Both the position numbers and the translations under genes were made by a program. Positions 8,350 through 18,016 of a DNA stretch of 64,000 bases are shown here, piece by piece. The DNA lies in the NCBI GenBank assembly GCA_041946735.1, contig JBHGAY010000011.1, positions 64,001 through 128,000 of the forward strand, in the 5' to 3' direction. How positions within the stretch are numbered: position 1 is the first letter of the stretch; every line of letters begins with the position of its first letter. A model generated the notes under the pieces. That model had not been told where the DNA came from, did not search any database, and saw only the letters and a program-made list of their open reading frames with translations. This DNA comes from Candidatus Eiseniibacteriota bacterium (GTDB lineage: Bacteria > Eisenbacteria > RBG-16-71-46 > CAIMUX01 > VGJL01).

Positions 8350-11300
8350 CTACGACGACGCGACGCTTTCCGCCGCCTCTTCCCCCTTCATCCGCAGCCG
8401 CCGCGCCGGATCGGTGATGGCTCCGATCTTCACCGCGAAGCTGCTGCGCGCAGCGATGTCCTCGTCGGTCACGAAGTGGACGTCGAGCAGTCCCTCGGTC
8501 CGGTAGCCGGTGCGGAGATAGTTCAGCTCCGACAGGCAGCGGCTCCATCCGTCCAGCCAGGTCGAAAGCTCGATCCGCTGCCGCTCCGAACCCGCGAAGT
8601 GCAGGACGAGGTCGATGTCGCTCGCAGGCCCGGCGCTCGCGTTCTTCGTGCTCCCGATCAGGTAGAACCCCTTCAGGCCGAACCTCAGCGGATCGGTCTC
8701 GGCCGCGATCTGCTCGGCGAAGCGCAGGCGCCAACGCCAATGCTGCTCGGTGGTGGCGTGGTCCGCGGTGCCGGGGCTCTCCGGCACGCCGACGGCCTCC
8801 TGCGCGGGCATCAACACCCCGACCGCCTCGTCCAGATCGGCGTTCATCAAGACCTTCAGGATCATTCCGCCCGCCGACTGCGGCACGTCGATGACGTGGA
8901 TGACGTCGGAGAGATGCGCGAACTCCGGCAGGAAGTTCGTGAGCAGATTCTCCGACCTGCGGAAGAACGTCTCGTCGAAACGGATTCCGGGATCATCCGG
9001 ATAGAGCGGCAGGTAGCGGATCGACGCCTCGACCAGATCCTGGAAGAAGTGGGTTCCGAAGGAGAGGTCCGGACGGTAGTTCCCCTTCTTGCGCGCAATC
9101 TCGATCAGGACCGCGCAATTGTTGATGTCTGCATAGGTGACATTGACGCCGAGACGGATGTCTCCGCGGCTTCCCCATCGTCCCGGTCCCATCAGGATGA
9201 ACTGCCGCTTCGGGAGCATCTTGTTCAGCCGGCCGACTGCGCGGCCGACCGCGCGCAGCTCGTCCGGATCGGCGATCTCGTTGTACCCTTCCGGATCGAC
9301 ATACACGATGTGCGTGACGTCCGGCACCCGCCCGTTCGACACGTAACGCTTCGCCGAGAAGAGGACGCGATTCTCCGGAATGTCCCGCGGAATCGGCGCC
9401 GGCTGAGTCGCCGCCCCGCTGCTTTGCGGCCGGCACTGGAGCAGAAACAGCTGCTTGCCGTTGGAAGCGAACTCGATGTCGACCGGCGAGCCGATCGCGC
9501 GATGCAGGACCTCGAGGATCGCCTTGACCTGGCGGATGAACGGCGTCTCGCGGATCAGCCCCTCGAACGTCACGACGAGCTTCTCGTTTTGTAGATTCAC
9601 CTGCCGCCCGATCGGCGGATGCACGTGATCGCGCTCGTAGATCGAGACGAGATGGTGGATTCCCGGGACCTCGTCGCCATGGTTGCGAAAGACGTCGACC
9701 GCCTCGATCGTCTCGAACGTCCCTTCTCGGAGATTGAGAACGTCCATCTTCTTCGGGGAGTACTTCGCGATCTCGTCCGGCGTGACGTTGACGCGCAGGC
9801 CGGGCTGGCCGGGCGCGAGCAGGACCGGATAGTCGTCCTTCAGGCGGTCGACGGCGCGGCTGCCGAGCCCCGTCACGAGGCGTACCAGACCATCCTCGCG
9901 TTGGATGCGGCTGGACCAACGGAACTCGTTCCGGCTGAAGGCGACCCCCGAGAAGGCGGGGAAGTAGTAGTCGCCGACGCGGCAGCCGACCACCTCCTGA
10001 ATCAAGATCCCCATCTCCTCGTAGACGTCCAACAGCCCGCGCTCGGCGCGGTACTCGATCGGGTCGGGACCGAAGATCGACGCATACACCTCGGCGATCG
10101 CGTCCATCAACGCGGTCAGGCGCTCGCGCTTCGTCCCCTGGTTCGGAAGGAAGATGCTCTTGTACTTTCCGGAGAAGGCGGCGCCGAAGCGATCCTCGAG
10201 CAAGCTCGAGCTTCGGACGATGAGCGGAGTCTGCTCGAAGTCGTCGAGCACCTGCGACAGGGCGCGCACCATCTGCGGGGAGAAGCGGGAGTTCTTGAAC
10301 ACCTGGACGATGTGCGGGTACTCGTGCCGCACCTCGTCGATCTCGGCGTACTTGTGGTTGTAGATGTCCTCGAGCTCGTTGTAGCGGATGAAGTCGAGAA
10401 TCGAGTCGGACGTCATGTACCACGTCTTCGGCACCCGGATCTCGCCGAGATCCGGCACCGTCGCGGCCGCCTTGCGCAGGATCTGGCTGGCGACGAACAG
10501 GCCGGCCGCCTTCCCCCCGAGCTTCCCGTGACTGGTCGGCGGAAACACCAGGTGCTCCACGATCTCGAAGAAGTCATCGATGTCGAGGAATCGCTTCGCC
10601 ATTTCGACGAACTGCGGCTGTTCGGAGAAGAAGTGGCCGATCAGCGAGACTCGGAGCCCTTTCCGGGCCGCCGGGGAGATCTCGACCGCTTCGGGACCGA
10701 TGTGGTGGTAGCGGCGGATCGCCTCCGCGATCTCGTCGAGTCCGGAATCCGGGTTCCCGATGGTCGTCACGAGAAAACGGGCCTTGTCCTCCTTGATCCA
10801 CGATTGGATGCACGCGAGGATCTCGTCGTTGCTCAGGTACTGTCCCGCGATCCGGAAAGTCTCCTCGGTGATGTCCCGTTCCCATTCGGACCCCAGGCGG
10901 CGATGCGGTCGGTTGTCCTCGACCGCCGCGTCCTCGTCCTCGTCCTGGCCGGACAGATCGTGCAGGATGCTCACCGCTTCCTGCACGCCGATCCAGCCCA
11001 GGTGGTTGATCATCTTCCTCGAGATGCGGATCAGCAGCTCGTTGTCGGTGCGCCGGAGGAAGTCGAGGACGATGCGCCATGGCTCCGCGCGGCTCTCGAG
11101 CGAGCCCCGCGCCTCCTCCAGGTTGCGGAACGCGCTGCGCAGCTTGCGGTGCTCGATGTGGTGGCCGATCCGGTCGGCGATGTTGTCGAGCATCTTCCGC
11201 TCTTCCTGCAGGAACGGCCCTCCGTCGGATCGGACCGTCATCTCCGTGTAGACGACGTCGATGCGCCCGACCTTCTCGCCGTCGACGAGGATCGGCGCGG

Positions 11301-11550
11301 ACTGCACCCAGGGGCTCTCCTGGAAGTTCGGGCAGACGACGACGGTGTCGCGGTAGACGATGCGCGCGCGGCAGAGGCTCGGATACTGGAGGCCTGACGG
11401 GATCGACCGGAGGACGCCGGTCAGCACCTCCTCGAGCGGCACTTCGGTCTGGCTCAGCACTTCGTCCACCCTGTACAGGCAGTCGAGCTCCTTCGCGCGT
11501 TCCTGAAGGACGCGGAGGATCGGATCCATCGGAGTTTCGGGCGCTGTCAC
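8350..11550 (-). CDS. PPDK_N (ATP-grasp) domain protein with N-terminal GAF-like and C-terminal nucleotidyltransferase domains
   Basis: LGGKAAGL, IVRSSSLLED, FSGKYKS, PVDIEFA, LLQCRPQ; GRWGS...SFGTHFF; C-terminal YLIGSTKNA...SDIDL (GS...DxD). Start GTG 11550 or ATG 11529. Confidence 0.85.
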   Translation of the reverse strand: MTAPETPMDPILRVLQERAKELDCLYRVDEVLSQTEVPLEEVLTGVLRSIPSGLQYPSLCRARIVYRDTVVVCPNFQESPWVQSAPILVDGEKVGRIDVVYTEMTVRSDGGPFLQEERKMLDNIADRIGHHIEHRKLRSAFRNLEEARGSLESRAEPWRIVLDFLRRTDNELLIRISRKMINHLGWIGVQEAVSILHDLSGQDEDEDAAVEDNRPHRRLGSEWERDITEETFRIAGQYLSNDEILACIQSWIKEDKARFLVTTIGNPDSGLDEIAEAIRRYHHIGPEAVEISPAARKGLRVSLIGHFFSEQPQFVEMAKRFLDIDDFFEIVEHLVFPPTSHGKLGGKAAGLFVASQILRKAAATVPDLGEIRVPKTWYMTSDSILDFIRYNELEDIYNHKYAEIDEVRHEYPHIVQVFKNSRFSPQMVRALSQVLDDFEQTPLIVRSSSLLEDRFGAAFSGKYKSIFLPNQGTKRERLTALMDAIAEVYASIFGPDPIEYRAERGLLDVYEEMGILIQEVVGCRVGDYYFPAFSGVAFSRNEFRWSSRIQREDGLVRLVTGLGSRAVDRLKDDYPVLLAPGQPGLRVNVTPDEIAKYSPKKMDVLNLREGTFETIEAVDVFRNHGDEVPGIHHLVSIYERDHVHPPIGRQVNLQNEKLVVTFEGLIRETPFIRQVKAILEVLHRAIGSPVDIEFASNGKQLFLLQCRPQSSGAATQPAPIPRDIPENRVLFSAKRYVSNGRVPDVTHIVYVDPEGYNEIADPDELRAVGRAVGRLNKMLPKRQFILMGPGRWGSRGDIRLGVNVTYADINNCAVLIEIARKKGNYRPDLSFGTHFFQDLVEASIRYLPLYPDDPGIRFDETFFRRSENLLTNFLPEFAHLSDVIHVIDVPQSAGGMILKVLMNADLDEAVGVLMPAQEAVGVPESPGTADHATTEQHWRWRLRFAEQIAAETDPLRFGLKGFYLIGSTKNASAGPASDIDLVLHFAGSERQRIELSTWLDGWSRCLSELNYLRTGYRTEGLLDVHFVTDEDIAARSSFAVKIGAITDPARRLRMKGEEAAESVASS

Positions 11551-11610
11551 TTCCGGTTCCCCCTGCCTGGCGATCCACCGCCGCCGGCGGTCGCCGCGAT
11601 TCGCCGTCCT

Positions 11611-13359
11611 CTACGACTCCAATTCCGGATGGACGATGACGCCGCGCCGCGTCCGGCCGTCCACCCGGATGTGGAGCGGCTCCCGGGAACGGACGTGACG
11701 GACGAACTCGGTCTCGGCGACGATCTCTTGCCTTGCGAGCCAGGCCCAGTCGATCGGCCTGGGGTCGGTGTGGCGGACCGAGAAGTAGTACACCTGGAAG
11801 CTCGTGATGTTGTGAAAGAAGTGCGAGCCCTGGCTCGCGTCGGAGTTGATGTGCGGCAGGCTCGACTCGACGATCGCCTTCGCTCCCGCGATCTGCGACC
11901 AGGTGACCGGGATACCGAGCCAGGGGTCGGAGGTGCCCCATCGGCCGAAGCCGATCAGCAGGTACGGGGTTCGCGCGGCCGCGAGGCGATGGTCGATCTC
12001 TTCGATCTGGCCCGCGATGGTGGTCGTGTCCTTCGTGTCGAACCTGTCCGGTTTCACGTAGACGACGTCACGGATCACGTCGAGCGTTCCGTTTCCGAGC
12101 GCCGACTCGGATGCGGCGAGCACCCGGGGACCGTTCATCGCCTCCTCGTCGACCGTCACCTCCTCCGCCGCCACGACCAGCGGGCGCACCTGGAGGAATC
12201 CGAGGCGGCCCGCGTACGGCCGGCGGCGGATCGTCATGGCGAACTCGATCTCGACCGGCGCGCCGATCTCTTCCTGTGACATCTCGAGCAGGGAACGGAT
12301 CGTCGAGGTGAGCGGCAGGACCTCCGTGATCAGCAAGGGCGCGAAGCTCAGGACGCGGGGACCGTACCCGGCCATCCCCGTCGAGAGCCGGTCGGACTGG
12401 ACGTCGTACGTCGAGACGAGGGGGGCGAGAACGCCGTCCTCCTCCGCCGTGTCGATCCCGGACTCTACGAGATACTCGATCTCGTTGATCGGGTCGTAGG
12501 TGGGGATTCTCCCCATCTGGACGGCCCAGAACTTCGTCTGGCTCTGCTTGAGCAGATCGCGAATCGAGTTGTACGGGGGGTTCGTCCGCGGATAGGCGGG
12601 CGAAAAGGTCCACGCCACCCCGCCGTCGACGATCGTCTTGCCGAGGCCCAGCGCGAGGCTTGCCACGCCGTCCTCGGGCGCCGCGTGCCCCACCGGGTAG
12701 TAGTTATACGAGCGCGCGACTCCCGAGAGGTCCGGATAGAAGCGATCGCCGTGCCTCTCCCCGACGACCTCCTGGAGCACGACCGCCATCTTCTCCTCGG
12801 CGCTCGACTGCTGGGCCGCCTTGGCGTACGCCTTCGCCTCACGGAAGAAGGTGGAGGCGTAGACATACTTGATCGCTTCGGTGAGACGCCGGAACCGCGT
12901 CTCCGAGTCGATCGCGTTGTTCGGGATCATCTTCGTCGCGTAGACGCCGGCGAAGGGGCGGTACTGAGCGTCCTCGAGGAGGCTCGAGGACCGGATCGCC
13001 AGGGGTTGGCGGAGCGAATCCATCAGCGCCTTCAGATCGCCGACGATCGAGGCGGATAGGCTTCCGTGTTGAAACGCGAGAGCGATCCGGTCGTCCGGCT
13101 CGTCGGAGAGGGCGATCTCGCGGAGGCGATTTTCCTCGAGGAACGCATCGAAGACGTCGGTGGCGATGACGATCGTCTTCGGGATCGCGACCTCGATCTC
13201 GGGGAACAGACGGCTCGCCTTCCCCTCGGTCAACATCCGCTTGACGACCGCGAGGCCGGTCGCCTTCCCGCCGAGATCCCCCGTTCCGATGATGGTGAAG
13301 TCCTCGCGCGAGTCGAGGAAGTGGCGATCGAATGGGGGATAGAGGTTCGCCTTGCTCAT
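11611..13359 (-). CDS. PPDK_N / PEP-synthase-like ATP-grasp protein lacking the pyruvate-binding barrel
   Basis: LGGKATGL, AIRSSSLLED, FAGVYAT, LGLGKTIVDG, EIEFA, FLQVRPL, GRWGTSDPWLG, SQGSHFF. Confidence 0.85.
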   Translation of the reverse strand: MSKANLYPPFDRHFLDSREDFTIIGTGDLGGKATGLAVVKRMLTEGKASRLFPEIEVAIPKTIVIATDVFDAFLEENRLREIALSDEPDDRIALAFQHGSLSASIVGDLKALMDSLRQPLAIRSSSLLEDAQYRPFAGVYATKMIPNNAIDSETRFRRLTEAIKYVYASTFFREAKAYAKAAQQSSAEEKMAVVLQEVVGERHGDRFYPDLSGVARSYNYYPVGHAAPEDGVASLALGLGKTIVDGGVAWTFSPAYPRTNPPYNSIRDLLKQSQTKFWAVQMGRIPTYDPINEIEYLVESGIDTAEEDGVLAPLVSTYDVQSDRLSTGMAGYGPRVLSFAPLLITEVLPLTSTIRSLLEMSQEEIGAPVEIEFAMTIRRRPYAGRLGFLQVRPLVVAAEEVTVDEEAMNGPRVLAASESALGNGTLDVIRDVVYVKPDRFDTKDTTTIAGQIEEIDHRLAAARTPYLLIGFGRWGTSDPWLGIPVTWSQIAGAKAIVESSLPHINSDASQGSHFFHNITSFQVYYFSVRHTDPRPIDWAWLARQEIVAETEFVRHVRSREPLHIRVDGRTRRGVIVHPELES

Positions 13360-13453
13360 TCTGCATCCCCGGTCCTGCGCCACGGCCGGCGCGGTTATGG
13401 GAGCAGCGGCGCCCGCCGCGGCGGTGCGGCGGGCGCCACCAGGCGATCGGAAC

Positions 13454-14734
13454 CTAGATCCAGCCGCGGTCGCGGCAAGCTTGCGCGACGCGACCGATCG
13501 CGATGACGTACGCAGCGTCCCGCATGTAGATCTTCTGCTTGCGGGCCAGCGCGCTCACCGCGTGGAAGGCCGAGGTCATCTTGACGTCGAGCTTGCCGAG
13601 CACCTCGTCCTTCTCCCAGTAGTAGTTCATGTTCGACTGCACCTGCTCGAAGTAGCTGCAGGTGACGCCGCCCGCGTTCGCGAGGAAGTCCGGGATCAGG
13701 AAGATCTCGCGCGCCTGGATCACCTTGTCGGCGTCGGGTGTCGTTGGCCCGTTGGCTCCCTCGGCGATCATCCGCACCTTCTTGCTGATCTTGTCGACGT
13801 TATCGGCGCGGACCTGATTCTCGAGCGCGGCCGGGATGAGAATGTCCACGTCCTGCGAGATCCACTCGTCTCCCGGAAGCACCTCGTAGCCGAGCGCCGG
13901 CGCCTTCTCCTTCGAAATGCCGCCGAAATGGTCGGTGATCGAGAGGAGCTCGTCGAGGTTGATGCCCGAGGAGCGGTGATACGCGTACGACATCTGATCC
14001 TGCTGATCCCAGCAGGAGACGCAGACGACCTTGCCGCCGAGCTGCTGGTAGAGCTGGATCGCATACTGAGCGACGTTGCCGAAGCCCTGGACGCTCGCCG
14101 TCGTGTTCTCCGGCCGGAGCCCCAGCTCCTTCAAACCCTCACGGATCGTGAAGACGACGCCGTATCCGGTCGCCTCGGTGCGCCCCAGCGAGCCGCCCAT
14201 CCCGACCGGCTTGCCGGTGATGAGACCGGGGTAGTGGCCTCGATGGATCCACTCGAACTCATCGAGCATCCAGAGCATGTGCTGGGCGCTCGTCATGACG
14301 TCGGGAGCGGGAACGTCGGTCAGAGGGCCGATGTCCCGCGAGATCTGGCGCACCCAGCCGCGGCAGATCTGCTCCTGCTCCCTGAGGCTGAGATTGTGCG
14401 GATCGCAGACCACCCCTCCCTTGCTGCCGCCGAGAGGGATGTCGACCACGGCGCACTTCCAGGTCATCCACATGGAGAGGGCACGGACCGTGTCGACCGT
14501 CTCCTGCGGATGGAACCGGATGCCGCCCTTGCCCGGTCCGCGCGCGTCGTTGTGCTGCACCCGGAAACCGCGGAAGACCTTCACGGAGCCGTCGTCCATG
14601 CGGACCGGGATGTTGAAGTGATATTCCCGCATCGGGTTCCGGAGGAGCTCGCGGGTAGCGGCATCGAGGCCCAGGTAGTCGGCCACGTGGTCGAACTGGG
14701 CCTGCGCCATCTCGAATGCGTTGTGGGCCTTCAA
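13454..14734 (-). CDS. gdhA: Glutamate dehydrogenase (Glu/Leu/Phe/Val dehydrogenase family)
   Basis: GPGKGGIRFHP, MTWKC, GGSKGG, DVPAPD, GGSLGRTEATG, VQGFGNV, EGANGP, PDFLANAGGV; TTG start after GGAGG. Confidence 0.93.
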   Translation of the reverse strand: MKAHNAFEMAQAQFDHVADYLGLDAATRELLRNPMREYHFNIPVRMDDGSVKVFRGFRVQHNDARGPGKGGIRFHPQETVDTVRALSMWMTWKCAVVDIPLGGSKGGVVCDPHNLSLREQEQICRGWVRQISRDIGPLTDVPAPDVMTSAQHMLWMLDEFEWIHRGHYPGLITGKPVGMGGSLGRTEATGYGVVFTIREGLKELGLRPENTTASVQGFGNVAQYAIQLYQQLGGKVVCVSCWDQQDQMSYAYHRSSGINLDELLSITDHFGGISKEKAPALGYEVLPGDEWISQDVDILIPAALENQVRADNVDKISKKVRMIAEGANGPTTPDADKVIQAREIFLIPDFLANAGGVTCSYFEQVQSNMNYYWEKDEVLGKLDVKMTSAFHAVSALARKQKIYMRDAAYVIAIGRVAQACRDRGWI

Positions 14735-15019
14735 GTCGAACCTCCCTTCTTCCACCCCCACCCCGTTCGCAAGCGAGTGTACACATCGGATTGCGCATCC
14801 GGAAGGCCGGTCGATCCGGCGCTTCTCTCGCGTGCGTCGCGGCGAATTCCGTTCGTCATAGCGGCCGGAACGAGAGGCGAACGCCCGTCGCTCCAATGGC
14901 CCGTAAGCAGTTATATCAGAATGGCTTAAAGATGTGCAGAGGGCATTTAGCGACAGGAGCCGCGACCGCGCATCTCGCGCGGCTCGCGGCGCGTCGAAAC
15001 GGTCCTTCACCGGCTCGCG

Positions 15020-15586
15020 TCAGTTCACGCGCTCGAGGTACTTGCCCGTCGACGTGTCGACCCGGATCTTCTCCCCTTCGGAAATGAAGGGCGGCACCTG
15101 AAGCTCATAGCCCGTCTCTACCTTGACCGGCTTGGTGACCGACCCCGCGCTGTCGCCGCGCGCCGCGTCGTGCGCCTCGGTGACGAGAAGAGTGACGGTG
15201 GCGGGGAAGACGACGTCGACCGTGCTGCCGTCGTCCTCGCGCGCCATCAGCTGCATCTCCATGCTCTCGGTCAGGTAAGGAAGGTAGGGCTTCATCAATG
15301 CGGCGGGCAGCTCGATCTGCTCGTAGGTCTCGGTGTCCATGAAGACGTACTCGGCGCCGCTCGCGTAGAGGTACTGGATCGGCCGGTAGCGGACCGCCAC
15401 GGGGTAGATCGTGCTGCCGGCGTTCCAGGTGTCGTCGAGCACGCGGCCGGTCTTCAGATTCTTCAGCTTCGCCCGCACGAACGCGCCGCCCTTGCCGGGC
15501 TTCACGTGCTGGAAGTCCACGACCTTGTACAGGTCGTTCTTGTAATCGAGGACGAGACCGTTTCGAATATCGGCGGTTGTTGCCAC
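15020..15586 (-). CDS. efp: Elongation factor P
   Basis: HVKPGKGGAFVRAKLKNL, RGDSA, ETGYELQVPPFI, VDTSTGKYLER. Confidence 0.97.
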   Translation of the reverse strand: MATTADIRNGLVLDYKNDLYKVVDFQHVKPGKGGAFVRAKLKNLKTGRVLDDTWNAGSTIYPVAVRYRPIQYLYASGAEYVFMDTETYEQIELPAALMKPYLPYLTESMEMQLMAREDDGSTVDVVFPATVTLLVTEAHDAARGDSAGSVTKPVKVETGYELQVPPFISEGEKIRVDTSTGKYLERVN

Positions 15587-15862
15587 CCACTCCTCCTGTC
15601 CGGGTTGGGGATCATCGGTCGATCGGGGAACGAGGCAGGCGCCGGACCGGAACGGAACGGGCAGGCCCCTCGGACGGCCGTCGCGCGGCCTTCCCTGCCG
15701 GCCGGGTCGCGCGTCGGATCATCGGGCATTCTAGCCTGGAGCCCCTACCCTCCGTCCAGAGCAACGGGAGGGCAAGGCATCGGGGCGCCCGGCCGGCCGG
15801 CGGCCGGCCCTCGCCCGCCGGCCTGCTGCCCCCCGGTGGGCCGGTCCCGTCGTGCGGGCACC

Positions 15863-17671
15863 TCAGTCCCCGCAGTGCACGTAGACGTCCGGGCCCCCGT
15901 TCGTGTCGCTCGATTCCAAAGCTACCGGGCTCTCGAAGGCGATGGCCTGGCCGTCCCCGGAAATCGAAGGGGCGGTCGAGGGGCCCGGGTTCGCGATCGA
16001 GCCGCCTCCCGTGAAAACGGAGACCCGCCGTGTTTCGCTGGCCTGCCGGTCGTGGATGTAGACGTCGTCGGCGCCGTTGGTGTCGTCGGGATCGAGGGCG
16101 ACGGCGGTGGTGAACGCGACAGAGCGGCCATCCGCCGAGATCGAAGGAGCGGTCGAAGGGCCTGGGTTCGCGATCGAACCGCCGCCGGTGAAGATGGAGA
16201 CTCGCCGAGTCTCGCCGGCCTCGCGGTCGTGGACGTAGACGTCATCGGCGCCGTTGGTGTCGTTGGATTCGAAAGCGACGGGGGTGGTGAAGGCGACGAA
16301 ACGGCCGTCTGCCGAGACGGACGGCTGGCGCGATCCACCCTCGTTCGCGATCGAGCCGCCTCCGGTGAAGATCGAGACGCGCGTCGTCTGGTTCGTGCCG
16401 GCGTCATGGACGTAGACGTCCTCCGCGCCGTTGGTGTCGTCGTTGACGAGCGCCGCGCTCGTGACGAAGGCGACGACCTGGCCGTCCCGCGAGATGGAAG
16501 GGGAATGCGCGCCCGGCTCGTCCGCGCCGCTGCCGCTCCCCGTCCGGATGGAGACGCGGAACGTGCGGTTCTCGTCGCGGTCGTGGACGTAGACGTCGTC
16601 GCCGCCGTTGTTGTCGTTCGACTCGAAGGCCACCGGGGTCGTGAAGGCCACCACCCTGCCGTCCGCCGAGACCGCCGCCTCCCGAGACCCTGACTGATCG
16701 GCGATCGATCCGTTGCCGGTGAAGACCGACACACGGATCGTTTCGTTCTCGTCGCGGTCGTGGACGTAGACGTCGTCGCCGCCGTTGGTGTCGTCCGGAT
16801 CGAACGCCACCGGAGTCGTGAAGGCGATCACCTTGCCGTCCCCGGAGATCGAAGGCTCGTGCGAGCCCGCCTGGTCGGCGATCGAGCCGCCGCCCGTGAA
16901 GATCGAGACGCGGCGCGTCTCGTCCTCGACGAGATCGTGGATATAGACGTCGTCGCCGCCGTTGGTGTCGTTCGACTCGAACGCCACGGGCGTCGTGAAG
17001 GCGACGACGCGGCACGCGGGGGAGATCGAAGGCTCGTGCGAGCCCGCCTGGTCGGCGATCGAGCCGTTGCCCGTGAAGATGGAGACGCGCCGCGTCTCGT
17101 TCTCGCAGACGGAAGGATCGCAGGGATCGTCGTCGACGCCGCCCGGAGGCGGAGGGGGGGGCGGAGGAGCCGCGCCCGTCACCTCGAAGCTCCGCCGCTG
17201 GCTCCAGAAGTAGTATTCCCCGGGTTTGTCCGAGGTGTGCGTGACCCGGATCTGCCAGTCGACGATCTCTCCTGGCTGCAGGGCGTTGCCTCCCCACTGG
17301 TTCGGCGGCGGAAACCGGTACTCGACTCGGAACGGCTCCGTACGGGGCAGGCCGCCGGGAGTGAAGGTGAATCCGGCCGGCGGGACCTCCGTGTAGAGAA
17401 TGTGCTGCGTGTTCTGCAGGCTCGGGCGGCGACCCCATTCGACCTGGAGCGCCGTGACGGTCGTCTGCTTCGGGTCGATCTCCGCGACGACGCGCGGGCC
17501 GCCGCTGGTGGATCGCTCGAGTTCGTCGAGCAGCGTGAAGGCCGGCCGATCGGAGGGGCATCCGGCGAGCACGACGAGAAGCGCGACGGCGGCGGCGAGG
17601 GTGAGCGGGCGTGGCGGCTTGCCTGGGAGCGCGTGCGATGGCTTCCGGGCCTTCCCTGGTCGGATCGACAT
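15863..17671 (-). CDS. Lipoprotein with 7-bladed TolB-like/PD40 beta-propeller
   Basis: Signal peptide with lipobox VLAGC, a beta domain, a poly-Pro linker, then seven 59-aa repeats (RVSIFTG...PSISADGR.VAF...DTNG.DDVYVHD). Confidence 0.85.
   Translation of the reverse strand: MSIRPGKARKPSHALPGKPPRPLTLAAAVALLVVLAGCPSDRPAFTLLDELERSTSGGPRVVAEIDPKQTTVTALQVEWGRRPSLQNTQHILYTEVPPAGFTFTPGGLPRTEPFRVEYRFPPPNQWGGNALQPGEIVDWQIRVTHTSDKPGEYYFWSQRRSFEVTGAAPPPPPPPPGGVDDDPCDPSVCENETRRVSIFTGNGSIADQAGSHEPSISPACRVVAFTTPVAFESNDTNGGDDVYIHDLVEDETRRVSIFTGGGSIADQAGSHEPSISGDGKVIAFTTPVAFDPDDTNGGDDVYVHDRDENETIRVSVFTGNGSIADQSGSREAAVSADGRVVAFTTPVAFESNDNNGGDDVYVHDRDENRTFRVSIRTGSGSGADEPGAHSPSISRDGQVVAFVTSAALVNDDTNGAEDVYVHDAGTNQTTRVSIFTGGGSIANEGGSRQPSVSADGRFVAFTTPVAFESNDTNGADDVYVHDREAGETRRVSIFTGGGSIANPGPSTAPSISADGRSVAFTTAVALDPDDTNGADDVYIHDRQASETRRVSVFTGGGSIANPGPSTAPSISGDGQAIAFESPVALESSDTNGGPDVYVHCGD
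15866..17104 (-). repeat. Seven ~177-bp intragenic tandem repeats (propeller blades)
   Basis: 59-aa units highly similar at protein and DNA level. Confidence 0.9.
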
Positions 17672-18016
17672 GGATCCCTCCTGTCTGACGAGCGTGTCGA
17701 GCGGCGCGAATGCGCGTGGGCATGCGCGTGCGAATGCGAATGCGCATGCGTCTGGCGGTGTGTGTGTGTGATGCGAACGCCGCCCCGACGCGAATGAGCG
17801 AACCCGTCTTCCGGGACACCGGATTCGAGGAACGAAGGAGTATCCAGACGGCGGGCGGCGGGGGCAATGTGAATCGATCGTGCCGAACGGATTTCGGGGA
17901 GAGGGTCGGATCCGGTATACTCATTCCGGTTCGTTCCCCGGGCGGCGCCGCGACGGCCGGGTTCTCCCCCACGCCCCGCTCGCTCGGACTCGCCTTTTCG
18001 ACTCTTTGGAGGGACC

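Noticed and set aside
8350..13359. ppsA/ppdK annotation
   Set aside because: Both proteins lack the C-terminal PEP/pyruvate-binding barrel.
15866..17104. CRISPR array or non-coding tandem repeat
   Set aside because: The 177-bp units are in-frame protein repeats without unique spacers.
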